NCBI RefSeq assembly: GCF_009914755.1
Contig: NC_060932.1
Strand: one strand, 5' to 3'
DNA from: the human T2T-CHM13v2.0 reference genome, Homo sapiens
DNA length: 64,000 nucleotides
Shown here: in pieces, positions 1 to 15,400 of the stretch
How the letters are laid out: every line of letters starts with the position of its first letter
How positions within the stretch are numbered: position 1 is the stretch's first letter
Notes under the pieces: generated by a model
Seen by the model: only the letters and a program-made list of their open reading frames with translations
The model's database searches: none
Told to the model about the DNA's origin: nothing
Position numbers and translations under genes: made by a program

Positions 1-734
1 GAATGACTTGGGTGGGTGTGTCCATGCCTGGAAAGGAAGAGGAGAGGGAATCAAAGAAGAGCGATATCAGTAAGGAGATAGAACTTACTTCACTAATTTC
101 CCAATTTGCAAATCCCTCTAAAATAACACCACCTGATATCATAACATTATAGAACCACAATTTTACATATGAACAACTGAGAACCCAGAAAAGGTAAATA
201 ACTTGTTCAACAATTTGTTGAAAACCAACTGGGCCAAGGGCCAATGGTTCCTATTTCTTAGTAAACTTCCTTTTGCACCACCTGCATTGCATTAGTACAC
301 ACTGATATCCAGGTGGTGTCTAATTAGAAAAATTTAAGTTGCCAAGGATCCTATTTAAAAAAAAAAAGTTGAGAATTGGCTAGGATTTTCTTCAATTCAC
401 CAGGAACAGAAATATCTCTGTTAATCAAAGCTAACTCTTATGGAGGTCTTAGTATGCACTATGTACTAAGCAGTGTTTTGCTTAAGCTGCCATATTTAAT
501 TTTGAAAAGCACCCCATTTTACAAATGAAGGAACCAGATTTAAAAAAAAAAAAAAAAGAAGTCACGCAGCTTTAATACATGATGAAGTAGCAAGTTGAAG
601 CCAGAAGCATCAGACTCTATGAGATTTGGTTATGAAGTATTTTGCTGTGCTGACAGATACAGATAAACATACTCTGTCCTCTGTCTCCTTTCTTTTGTCC
701 TCCCACTGCCACTGTTGTTTTCATAGGTTATGAG

Positions 735-1414
<680 letters not shown>

Positions 1415-1633
1415 TTATAATTGTGCTAAGCAAAAATATGAAATCATTCCATGTATAAATAAAATCACATATATCCTCCAAAATTGTCGACAAAAATGAT
1501 ATGTTCTTCATCTCAGGCCAGGATGACAAATGCTTTTTGAACTTAAATGCAAACTCCAGTCAATTGTTAGTGGCTCCTAGGGTACTGTGTTGAAAATGAT
1601 TCTAAAGCCTGAATGTTTTTAAAAATTATCACA

Positions 1634-2168
<535 letters not shown>

Positions 2169-2285
2169 ACAATTCTCACAATAAAGTGAGGGCAGCAGAA
2201 TTTGGTTATGTGTATGTTCTTTTTTAATGACTTTTTTTTCGTAGATATGACCACTTGCTTTTTCACTTTAAAAAATAAGATTCTG

Positions 2286-2575
2286 AGACCAGGCGTGGTG
2301 TAGCTCACCCCTGTAATCCCAGCATTTTGGGAGACCGAGGTGGGGGTATCACTTGAGCTCGGGAGTTCGAGACCAGCCTGGGCAATGTAGCAAAACCCCA
2401 TCTCTACTAAAACAAATAAAAATAAATAACTTTTTTTTGAAAGTTGAGTGTGGTGGTGCATGCCTATAGTCCCTGTAGTCCTGACTACTTGGGAGACTAA
2501 GGCAGGAGAATCCCTTGAGCCTGAGAGATTGGAGCTGCAGTGAGCTATGATCGTGCCACTGCACAATAATATTAA
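2286..2575 (+). mobile_element. AluJ element, 3' end truncated
   Basis: Diverged Alu left and right arms. Confidence 0.9.
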
Positions 2576-2588
2576 AAAATAAGATCCT

Positions 2589-2718
2589 GGGCTGGGCATA
2601 GCAACCTTTAACACCTGGAGTAGTAGCCACTCTGGAGGCTGAGGCAGGGAGATTGCTTGAGCCCAGCCTGGGCAACATAGTGAGACAGCATCTCTAAAAA
2701 AAAACAAATAATAATAAT
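2589..2718 (+). mobile_element. Alu monomer (FLAM/FRAM-like, internally deleted)
   Basis: ggctgggcatag...gaggctgaggcagggagattgcttgagcccagcctgggcaacatagtgagac plus A-rich tail. Confidence 0.8.
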
Positions 2719-5249
2719 AAGATTTTATTGATGCCTCATTTGGGTCATATTATAGTTAAATAAGGAGAGGCAACAGAAAATCAAGGGTTGGAAATGCCCT
2801 CACTTTACTGTGAGAATTGTTATATTAGATAAGAATTACTTAAATAGTTGAGTAACTTCAATCTTGATAAGAGTGACTAATGTAGAGGAAAATTTTTTGG
2901 GCATAGCTTGGTAACCAAAGGAGTTCATGAGCTAGTATAGTAATTATATTTTCCAAATTCAAATTGGAACATACGACCTCATAATAATTTTTAAAATGTA
3001 TAAATTTATTGGTAGAAAGGTACTTGGCAAAGATATTAAAATTAAATAGCATTCAAGGATGTTTTAAATAAATCACCTTTATAGATAAAATATAGAACTA
3101 CAGTATATTTGCTGATAATTCTGGAAAATACAGTGTTGTTGATTTAAATAACAATAAAAAAGAATTTGGAGTTGCTGGTCTCTGATTTCTCCAAAGAAAA
3201 GCTTTTATAGCTTTCCAGACCCAACATCCTTCCTGAAATTCACTCACCTCCTTCTGCTTCTGTCTGAAATCCATATAGGAGAGGAAACACACATTTCTCT
3301 CCAGATTGAGGTAATGTTCTTAAGAGCAGACTGTCAGTCAGGTTCTGAGAGTTCAATTTCTAGAGGTACAAGGAAGCCACTTCCTATATTACCTGTAATT
3401 TTAGGGTCATTCACATGGAGATTCTGGGCTCTCACCCTTTTGCTTGCCTGAAATCTACCCTTCTAATCATTTGCTTACCCTCCAGGGGCTGCTTAGTTTC
3501 AGCTTGAGTATTCTCTGGTGAGTAGGCAATCTGCTGTTTTCATGAGGGGTCTGGAAATTCTTCACTGGAGTATGAATTCCTCCAAATTCCAGGTTCATTG
3601 TCCTTGCTTACGACCTTTAGCCCCAGTTGAAGACATTTCCCGCAGTTTTCTGCATTTAGCTTCAGGACCCTCTGCCAAGCCCAGTGCTACAAAGTCTTTT
3701 TGACTTGGGCATCCCTAGTCAGCTCTATCCCTGGATTAGTGTTTTTCTCTTTTTCCTACAATAAACATAGAAATGGGAGCCAGTATATTAGCTCAGTGAA
3801 ATCTCAAGGTAAACCTACTACGCTTCCTTTATTGCCCATCAATAATCCTTTCATTTTGTCATGTTTTCTTGCCTTTTCATACCCTGATAGTTATCTGTAC
3901 TTAAAGGTTAAATCGAGCTTTTCCACTCCTCATTTTTTCCCCTTCTATTCTTTGATCCTACATTGAAATCATAATGCTGGACTTGTGACGTCACTCTCAA
4001 TTGTTTCCAGATGGCTTATCAGACTGATCAAAAAGAAGGTGAAGCCAATATGTTAGTTAAAAAGTAGATCTTCAAACAGGGAGATGGTTCAGAAAAAAAA
4101 AATTGTGTAATAATAATGTTGAGAACACAAAACAACTATAGGTAAAGTAAATTGCCTTTTCTCTCTGTCCTAAAATAAAATCTTTGATCAATTGTTCCAG
4201 TGTATGAAAATTTGAACTCTAAAGAGACCAGGCAGCTTTCTAAACCCAAACATCAAAAGCTTTGCTTCCATTAGAAAAATTTAAACCCATGATACTTTGA
4301 ATGGATTTGAAATTCTCTAAAATGAGCTCTAATAATAACCTTCCCAAACAGAAAGAAAAAGAACAGTAGGTTATATGGCTTCGTGCTACCATTTTCTCTG
4401 GAACATTAGTTTTCCAAAGATGCCATTTTGGCTCGTACCAAATAAAAGGGCAAAGGTTACCAAATGCAAGCCTAGGGAAGCCAGGAGACAGAACAGCTAT
4501 TACAATGGAGGGGGAAATCCAAGCTGTCAGCTCTGAATGCATAGAAATTGCATGTGTGAAATTGACAACCAGCAACAGCATGGTACCGTCAGAGGGGCCA
4601 GGAAATGAGCTCGACCGGGATTTCTGTTTACTGTATTAGAGCTGCGGTTTTGTAGAGTTTTATTTAAGATTCACAGATACAAATCTTCAGGTTTTTGACA
4701 ACTTTAGTAATGTTCAGTGGCTGTTTGGAAAATAATCTAAACAAATAAAATATCAGAATGAGAATGGTAGAACTGATACAGGAAAAAACATAAATAAAGG
4801 GAAAAAAATCAACCATCATCCAACCTCCCAAGAGTCTCTGTTAACAAACTGTTGCATTTGCTTCCTCATACACACATTGTTATACAACATTGAAACCAAT
4901 TTGTATATATAACTTTGATTTCTGTTTATTTAGTATTATGTCACAAATATTTTTCCATGTCATAAAAATGTTTTCATAACCATTGTGTTTATAGAGCATT
5001 CTGTCACATGAATATACAGACTTTAATTTACTTAACCATAATCAATTCAACTACTAACTCTTTCCCCCAATTTTTTGTCCCATTCCAGTATTTTTCCCAC
5101 TGAGCAACTAGAGTGATCTTTCAAAAACTTGATCTTGTCACTCTCCTTTTTAAAACCATTCAATAACTTTTCTTTCTCTTAGAAAATATTACTGTCCTTA
5201 GCAGGCCCTTTGGAGCTTTATGTCCTTGCTACTTCGATGTGGTTATGTC

Positions 5250-5378
5250 CTTCGTATCACCTGGGAATTTGTTAGAAATATAGAACCTCTACTCCCTCTC
5301 TGAACTACTGAATCAGAGTCTGAATTTTTACAAGATCACAGGTGATTTCTACCCAAGACAAGGACTGAGAAGGTCTGC
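5250..5378. mobile_element. MER5-type hAT-Charlie DNA transposon fragment
   Basis: tcacctggg..ttgttagaaat...actgaatcagagtctg.atttttacaagatc.caggtgatt resembles MER5A. Confidence 0.65.
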
Positions 5379-5511
5379 TCTTCACTCTTCATGCTCCTGT
5401 GTTGCCCCCACCAGCCTCACCAGCCTTCTCAATGCTTTTTAGGATCCAGCAGAGACCTAGCTTCAGTGCCTCACTCAACCACGCCCCTTTCCTCCACAAA
5501 GCCTTGCCAAG

Positions 5512-5884
5512 TGTATGGACTAAATGTGTCTGTTCCTCCAAATTCACATGTTGAAACCCTATCCCTCAATGGAATGGTATTTGGAAATGGAGCATTTGGG
5601 AGCTAATTAGGCTTAGATTAGGTCAAGAGGCCAGGGTCCTCATGATGGAATTAGTGCCCTGTGAGAAGAGACACCAAAGGGTTCTCTCTCTCTCTTTCTC
5701 TTCCATGTGAGGACATAGAGATAAGGTAGCTGTCTACAAGCCAGGAGGAGAGTACTCTCACCAGAACCCGATTATGCTGGTCCCCTGATCTTCCAGCCTC
5801 TAGAACTGTTAGAAAATAAATTTCTGTTGTGTAAGCCACCTATGCTACCAGATTTTGTTATGGCAGCCCAAGATGACAAATACA
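5512..5884 (+). mobile_element. MaLR solo LTR (MLT1A-like)
   Basis: Starts TG (tgtatggactaaatg), typical core ccatgtgaggaca..., ccagcctctagaactg..agaaaataaatttctgttg, ends ACA. Confidence 0.85.
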
Positions 5885-6109
5885 GCAGGTACGTACTATG
5901 CTCTCTGCCTGGAAAGGTCTTCTCAGGACTAGTCACCAAGTTAACTTCCAATTATCCTTCACAGTCCAGTTCAAAAAGGGAAGCGAGACTTCTCCCACTT
6001 CAGGTCTTCGATAAATACATGTTCACCCAAAACCTTGTATGCAAATGTGTAGAGTGGGATGTCTCCCACTTCCCTTTTTGAGCTGGGCTCTGAAGGATAA
6101 GCCCAGTGG

Positions 6110-7987
<1,878 letters not shown>

Positions 7988-8902
7988 CTACCCAGATTTT
8001 TTTTTTTTTTTTTGGACAACTCTTAATACTTGATTATACAGGCAATCAGGTCTTCTAAAACTTTCCCAGACTCTTCCATGCCAAAAAGAAGTGCTTCTTC
8101 CAAACTAGTCCCTGGGCACGGACCTACTGTTTATATTCTTCCTCCCCAAGAAGATTCCACTTTCCACATGCCGTCACCCAATTTGTATGTTTAGTTCACA
8201 CTTCGCTGCTGAGCTTAGAGATGGGAATTCTAATTCTTCTTGGATAATTCTACTGGAATACCTCACCATCAATTCTTACTTAACATATTCACAATTCCTC
8301 CCCAAAAACAATCCCCATCTACCACTTTACTATTGTACCTGTTTCACCAGTTATCTTAATTTACAGAATCTGAAACCCAAGGAGTATGAGTGAGTTTTTA
8401 AAGCCACATAGCCAGCTTAGTGCAATCCCAACTCTGAAAGGTTGTAGTCATCTTTCACTCACTTCCTTCATCCAGGATCTCCCGTTAGTCACTAAATTGT
8501 GTTGATTTTTCCTTCAAATGGTCTTTGTATCCATCTGCACCCTTCCATCCCCACTGCCAACCCCCCTGTTCAGGTTTTCAACACCTCGCGCCTCAGTGCC
8601 TGTGACAGCTCCTGGCAGGCCTCTAAATCCATCCTGCACACAGGCCTCGGTAGCTTGCCTGAAACTACAGCATGTTTGCACAGAAAGGATTTGGGAGATC
8701 ATCAAATCTGTTGCACTAAACAGAGAAAATGCCAGAGCCAACACAAACCTCTACATGATGCCTGGGTCCATGCTGATTCCCCAACTACTAAGATAGGGGA
8801 AAAGAAGGAATAAAGGATACATTTCAAGATAGTCATGACCCCTCACAGACTGTCAGCAGGGCCAGCCTCAAGCTTAAAGGACCAGCAAGGAGTACAGTTC
8901 TA

Positions 8903-9358
<456 letters not shown>

Positions 9359-9509
9359 TCAGAATGAAGTAAATATAGGAATTGCCTGAAAGTGAAGGCT
9401 CCCAGGATTACTTCTGGGGAATCTGGAAGCCACACTTCAATAGTATGTGGCTGCCTAGCGGAGGGTCCTTAAGTGTAGCAGAAGACGTTAAACTGGACCT
9501 CGAAGTGTT

Positions 9510-9640
9510 CTAACATCTTCATTTTACAGATGGGAAAACCAAGGCCCAGATATATAAAGTAACTCACCCAGGCTCACTCAAACAACTGGTAGCAGCAAAG
9601 AACTAAGATTACCTGCTTCCCAAATTAGTGAGCATTTACC
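9510..9640 (-). mobile_element. MIR fragment
   Basis: cattttacagatgggaaaaccaaggcccaga...aagtaactcacccagg core. Confidence 0.75.
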
Positions 9641-11002
9641 TTTCTATTGTGCTCTATATCAGTCTCTCATAATTAGGGCAGTAGTCCCAATAGAGTAACA
9701 ATTGAAAAATATCAAAGCAGCTCTATTATCCACAATGTTCTGTCTTCCACAAACTCCACTCCTGCCAACCCCAGGGGTGAGATAACTGTCACAGGCTCCC
9801 TCCTTTTTGATTTTATGACCCTCAGAAAGCCCCTTTGCAGGTGGGTATTCATTGCCATACACACTGAGGAGCCCAAAAGTGTAAGAACTGCTCTGGCCCT
9901 CGAAGAGTTCACTGTCTTGAGGAGACAACAGTGTGCACAGATTCTGCCTCATTAAATACAATAATGGGGGTATGAATAAAATCAGCAGAGAAAAGAAAGG
10001 CACACTTGTCTCTGTCTATGAGGGTGGAGAATATTCTCAGAAGTGGTATGTGAGCAGGATTTTCCAGGATAAATAGGAGTTCTACAGATAGGCAAGAGGA
10101 AAGTGTGTATGTTCTGGAAACACGCCAGCATGTTAAACACTGGCCCTCATTCCCAGCTCCTGGAATCAGCCTATCTGGGGAACAGCGCTTGCTGCTCTCA
10201 TCTTGAGCTCCTGCCCAGGAATGCCACTTCATTCAGTCTGTACTAAAATTCTGGTCCTCTTAGTCTTTACCCACCATTTCCAGGAAAGTGCTTAAAATCA
10301 AGGCAGCGAGAAGAAAGCTGCTGGCTTGACAGCCGTCATATACTAGTTAAGCAAATGCACACACCTCTTCCAGATTCTGCAATGGTTTTCTGTTCTCTTG
10401 GCATGAAGTTATTTTTTCTCTCCAGTCATCATGAACCCCCAAGTCCAATCCAAGCTTGTTACCAAGGCTCCATTTCCTCCCACCTAGCTGAGCTCTCTAG
10501 AGCATCATGACTCCTGGCCTCTTGCCAATCCACTTGAATTCTGAACTTTCTCTAATTAGTGGACCTCAAACTCTAATCTTTCTCTCCCCTCATCTCTTTC
10601 TCTGTCTCCCCTTTCCCTGCTTACCTCCCCATCTTGACACTTTTCATATGTCCTTTTCCTTAGCTGCGCATGGCCTTGTTCTGCAACAGGCCCAAACTTT
10701 ACAACAACAAATAGACCCAAATTTAGCCATTTGTAGTATCTACAAATTCTATTACATTCACTGACCCAGAGGTACTCTGAAAGATTCAGAAAAAGATATT
10801 TGTTACTGAACTTAAACATGTGTCCTATTTCTAGCCCATGCTCCCTGTTGTGCACTAGAAATTATTATTTCTAATAAATCTTATAATCACAGTGTGAGTG
10901 GTACAATTATATTGCATTACATATTTGTTGGTTACAAGCATACATTTTCAAATGTAAACACATAATATATTCCACAAGGAAGTATTAGGTTATGGCAGTC
11001 TC

Positions 11003-11433
11003 CTTTTTTTTTTGAGTTTTGAGACAGTCTTGCTCTGTTGCCCAGACTGGATTACTGTGGCATAATTATAGCCCATTGCAGCCTTGAACTCCTGGACTCA
11101 AGTGATCCTCTCACCTCAGCCTCCTGAATAACCGGCGTCTTGATGACTTAGAAAGCTCAGCTAGGTGGGAGGAGATGTAGTCTTAGTTACAGGCTTGATT
11201 TGGACTTGGCAGTTCATGATGATTGGAGAGAAAAAATAATTTCATGCCGGGAGAACAGGAAACCATTGTGATTACAAGAGCAAGCCAGCATGACCTGCTA
11301 ACTTTTTTAACTTTTTGCAAAGACTAGGTCTCACTATGTTGCCGAGGCTGGTCTCAAACCCCTGGCCTCAAGCAATCCTCCTGTCTCAGTTTCCCAAAAC
11401 TCTAGGATTATAGGTGAGCCACGGTACCTGGCC
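11003..11433 (-). mobile_element. AluJ interrupted by a ~138-bp non-Alu insert (11131-11268)
   Basis: Alu breaks after cctcagcctcctgaata and resumes at gattaca. Confidence 0.88.
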
Positions 11434-12229
11434 CCATTTTTTTTTTAATGTGCCAGAAACTTTTCCCCAACCTATCTTCCTCCCTCATCACCAGCAGGGG
11501 TCTGCAAAACCTGGTCCCCAGACACTACCGCAGAGGTGAGAATCAAAGAAGAAAGCTAAGAGAGATGAGAAAGCACATTAATTTTCAGGTTTTGTACGAA
11601 GAGTTTAGAAACCGCCTGAATATTTATAAATTGAAAGTGCATTAATTTTCAAGGGTATACAGCAAGACTTTGGGAACTGACTGAATGTTTATAAAGTATA
11701 TTGCTAACATGAACTTTAGGCTAATTTATATTTTTAAATCTTGCATGAATAATATATAAGACACAGAGTGTCCTAGTCACTTTGGATTCCTGGTGTCTAG
11801 AAACTATGAAAACCCTTTCCCAATGGCAGGATGTTATAAATGTGGTTATCTCTGAGACAAGTGTCAGAAGCCTGATTGATGTGTCCTGTAACTAAATTAT
11901 GCAGTACTAAATATGTCACAAGAAGTCTCAGAGTTTGTTCCCTTGCTTAGTGATAAGGTCGATTCTAATTGGGGATAGCTAAAGATTTTATCTTCAGTCT
12001 TTCCACTCCCCTTCCTGCCTCGCCCACCGTCCCTACCCTCTACCCTCCTTTCAGTGCCTCTTCCATGCTAGCTCCAATACCCTCATCATGAGTCAGGAAT
12101 TTCTTCTCTGAGGAATAACGGGCAAGTATTTCTCATTTTTAAAACTACACCTATTAAACCAGCTAAATCTTCATCAGAAAAATCTCAGATAATAGATAGA
12201 AGTCAACCATGCTAAGAGTTGGCTGTTAA

Positions 12230-12606
<377 letters not shown>

Positions 12607-13302
12607 GAATTCCAAGGTTTTCACAGCGATTCTCAGGGCTTCAAATTCAGAGACTTAAGAGTGTGGATGAGAAGAAGCACCTGAACAATTTCAAACACCA
12701 AATGTCCCTTCGTTAAAGACTGTCTAAGCAGTCTTTTTCTCTCTCCCCTAGAAGGTTGGGCTTCTATTTTGAGTTTGATATTATATTGAATTCATTTTAA
12801 TGAGATTCAAACAGCCTGCATTAATATAGAGCCCAATGTGTTTTTCCACTTAATTCTATATTTCTCTCCTGATTGATTTCCTGCCTTGCAGCCATGGCTA
12901 TCTGTGACAAAGGGACTCTGACTCTTTGAGCTTAGTATCTGATAATTGTGATTACATAATACACTAAAGAGTAGCTAACCGTAGCATTTAAGCCAATAAT
13001 AAAATACACTGTTGTCCTTCTAAAGATTTTGCTTTCCAAGATTGCAAAATATAAATACTTGATTAATGTTTCTGTTGTAAAAGATGATCAGAAAATAGGG
13101 ATTTGGAAGCGTCTTCCTTTGTGAGCTCTCCACATGTGGGATATTTGGAACTTTATACCAGCAGATGCCCTGAGAGGGCTTTTCTCTAAAAATAAACGTC
13201 TCTTGAATTCAAGTCTACTGATTTATTTGATTTTAACTTACTTTCTCCAAAAAAAAGACCCTACATTTATTCACATGGCTCTTTCTAGAAAATATTTCAT
13301 TC

Positions 13303-13595
13303 AGCTGGCACAGTGGCTCACACCTGCAATCCTAGCACTTTGGGAGACTGAGGTGGGCGGATCACTTGAGGTCAGAAGTTAGAGACCAGCCTGGCCAACA
13401 CGGCAAAACCCCTTCTCTACTAAAAATACAAAATTTAGGCTGGCGTCGTGGCGCATGCCTGTAGTCCCAGCTACTTGGGAGGTTGAGGCAGGAGAATCGC
13501 TTGAACCCTGGAGGCGGAGGTTGCAGTGAGCCCATAGCACCACTGCACTCCAGCCTGGGCTTGAGCAACTTTGTCTCTAAACAAACAACAAAAAT
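13303..13595 (+). mobile_element. AluS element
   Basis: Full dimeric Alu. Confidence 0.93.
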
Positions 13596-13859
13596 TATGA
13601 TTGACTTCATGCTTAAATGCTAAAGTATACTTTCCTAAGTCCATTGAGATACTTTATAAATTGTGTCTCAGATATATTTTATTTTGGAAAAGCATTTTTT
13701 TTAAAATTTTGTCAATAAAGGAGACTATGAAAAATGAAGTATTTCCCCTAGGAAAATAAGCAACTTAAATTCATATCCTACGTGATATTGGCAGGGCAAT
13801 AAAAGTGGTAGGTAGAGTACCATATCAAAATTTTTTAACTTATTTCGGCAAATCATTTA

Positions 13860-14131
13860 CTTAAGGGGTCTCCTCTGTCGCCCAGGCTGGAGTGCAGTGG
13901 CGCCATCTAGGCGCACTTGCAACCTCCACCTCCCGGGTGCAAGTGATTCTCCTGCCTCAGCCTCCCTAGAGCTGGGATTACAGGCACGCCCAACTAAATT
14001 TTTTTTGTATTTTTAGTAGAGACGGGGTTTCACCGTGTTGGCCAGCGTGGTCCCCATCTTCTGACCTTGTGATCCACCCATCTCGGCCTCCCTAAGTGCT
14101 AGGATTACAGGCGTGAGCCACCGCGCCCAGC
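13860..14131 (-). mobile_element. AluS element
   Basis: Reverse Alu; TSD-like caaatcattta on both sides. Confidence 0.92.
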
Positions 14132-14230
14132 AACAAATCATTTAAAAAATATTTCTGAGAAAAAAAATTAAAGCTGTAGATAGTGTTTTTTAAAAATGCT
14201 GTAACCATTTATATTTACCCTTTGGCTACT

Positions 14231-14231
14231 G

Positions 14232-14262
<31 letters not shown>

Positions 14263-14504
14263 TGAGACGGAGTCTCGATCTGTCGCCCAGAGCCTCCCGG
14301 GTTCACACCATTCTCCTGCCTCAGCCTCCCGAGTAGCTGGGACTACAGGTGCCCGCCACCACGCCCGGCTAATTTTTTGTATTTTTAGTAGAGAAGGGGT
14401 TTCACCGTGTTAGCCAGGATGGTCTCCATCTCCTGACCTCGTGATCCGCCCGCCGGGGCCTCCGAAAGTGCTGGGATTACAGGCGTGAGCCACCAAGCCC
14501 GTCC
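14231..14504 (-). mobile_element. AluY with internal deletion in the right arm
   Basis: tgtcgcccag joined to agcctcccgggttcac; TSD tttggctact. Confidence 0.92.
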
Positions 14505-15164
14505 CCTTTTGGCTACTTTTAAATCTAATTTCTAATCCCATAATTGAGTTCACAGTGGTTTAAACAGATATCAAACATATTTTAGGTATTAGAACTCATG
14601 ATATTGTCCTGAGAAAGTAATGGAGGCCAACTTAAATTCCCTTGGGATTAATTAAAGGAGTCAGAAATGATTAAGACTGCCATGGGGATATTTGCCGTAT
14701 TTTTAAAAATCAAATACATGTAGCTAGTAGGCCCTGCAAAACATGTAGAGGCTTAGAGAAATGAAAGGCAACCAAGGCCCCAATGTAGGGATCTCAAGGG
14801 TAAGTAGGTGGACTTTCCTGTCTCGATGCTATGTAATATCACCTAAGCACCTGCTGGGTCCAAGCATTCCAGTTTCACTGGGCTGGTGTGGTGCAGAAAG
14901 GAGACCCCGCCCATTGAATGCAAGACACAGATAGTTATGGGAAAATTCTTCTTTAGCGTTCACTTGTGTCTCTCATTTCAGAGCAAAAACGGGGAGTTAT
15001 TTCTACAATTTGCAGAAATCTCTCCCTTTTACTGTATAATCATGCAAATAACATGAGGACAGTTAGGCTGTAGTAAAGTAATAGAGACTTTTGATGATGG
15101 TTTTACCCCCTTAAAATTTTTATAAACAGGAATTAGAGGGTTTAATAAAGGACACATTCATTAG

Positions 15165-15400
15165 TGAGATAAACTCTGAAGGTAGGAGTTCAATTTCAGG
15201 CTCGGCTTCTTGCCAGATGTTTGACCTTAAGTAACGCATTTAATATTTCTAAACCTCAGTTCTCTTGTCTGTAAAATACAGATCCTATTAAGACCTTCCT
15301 TATTGGAGTATTGTGAATGTTAATGAAATTAGCTGGGGTAAATACATTAAAAAGTCTCATTCACAGTGACAGTTCCAAAATTATTAGCTATTATTATTTT
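15165..15400 (+). mobile_element. MIR
   Basis: tgaccttaagtaac..atttaatatttctaaacctcagttctcttgtctgtaaaat core. Confidence 0.75.
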
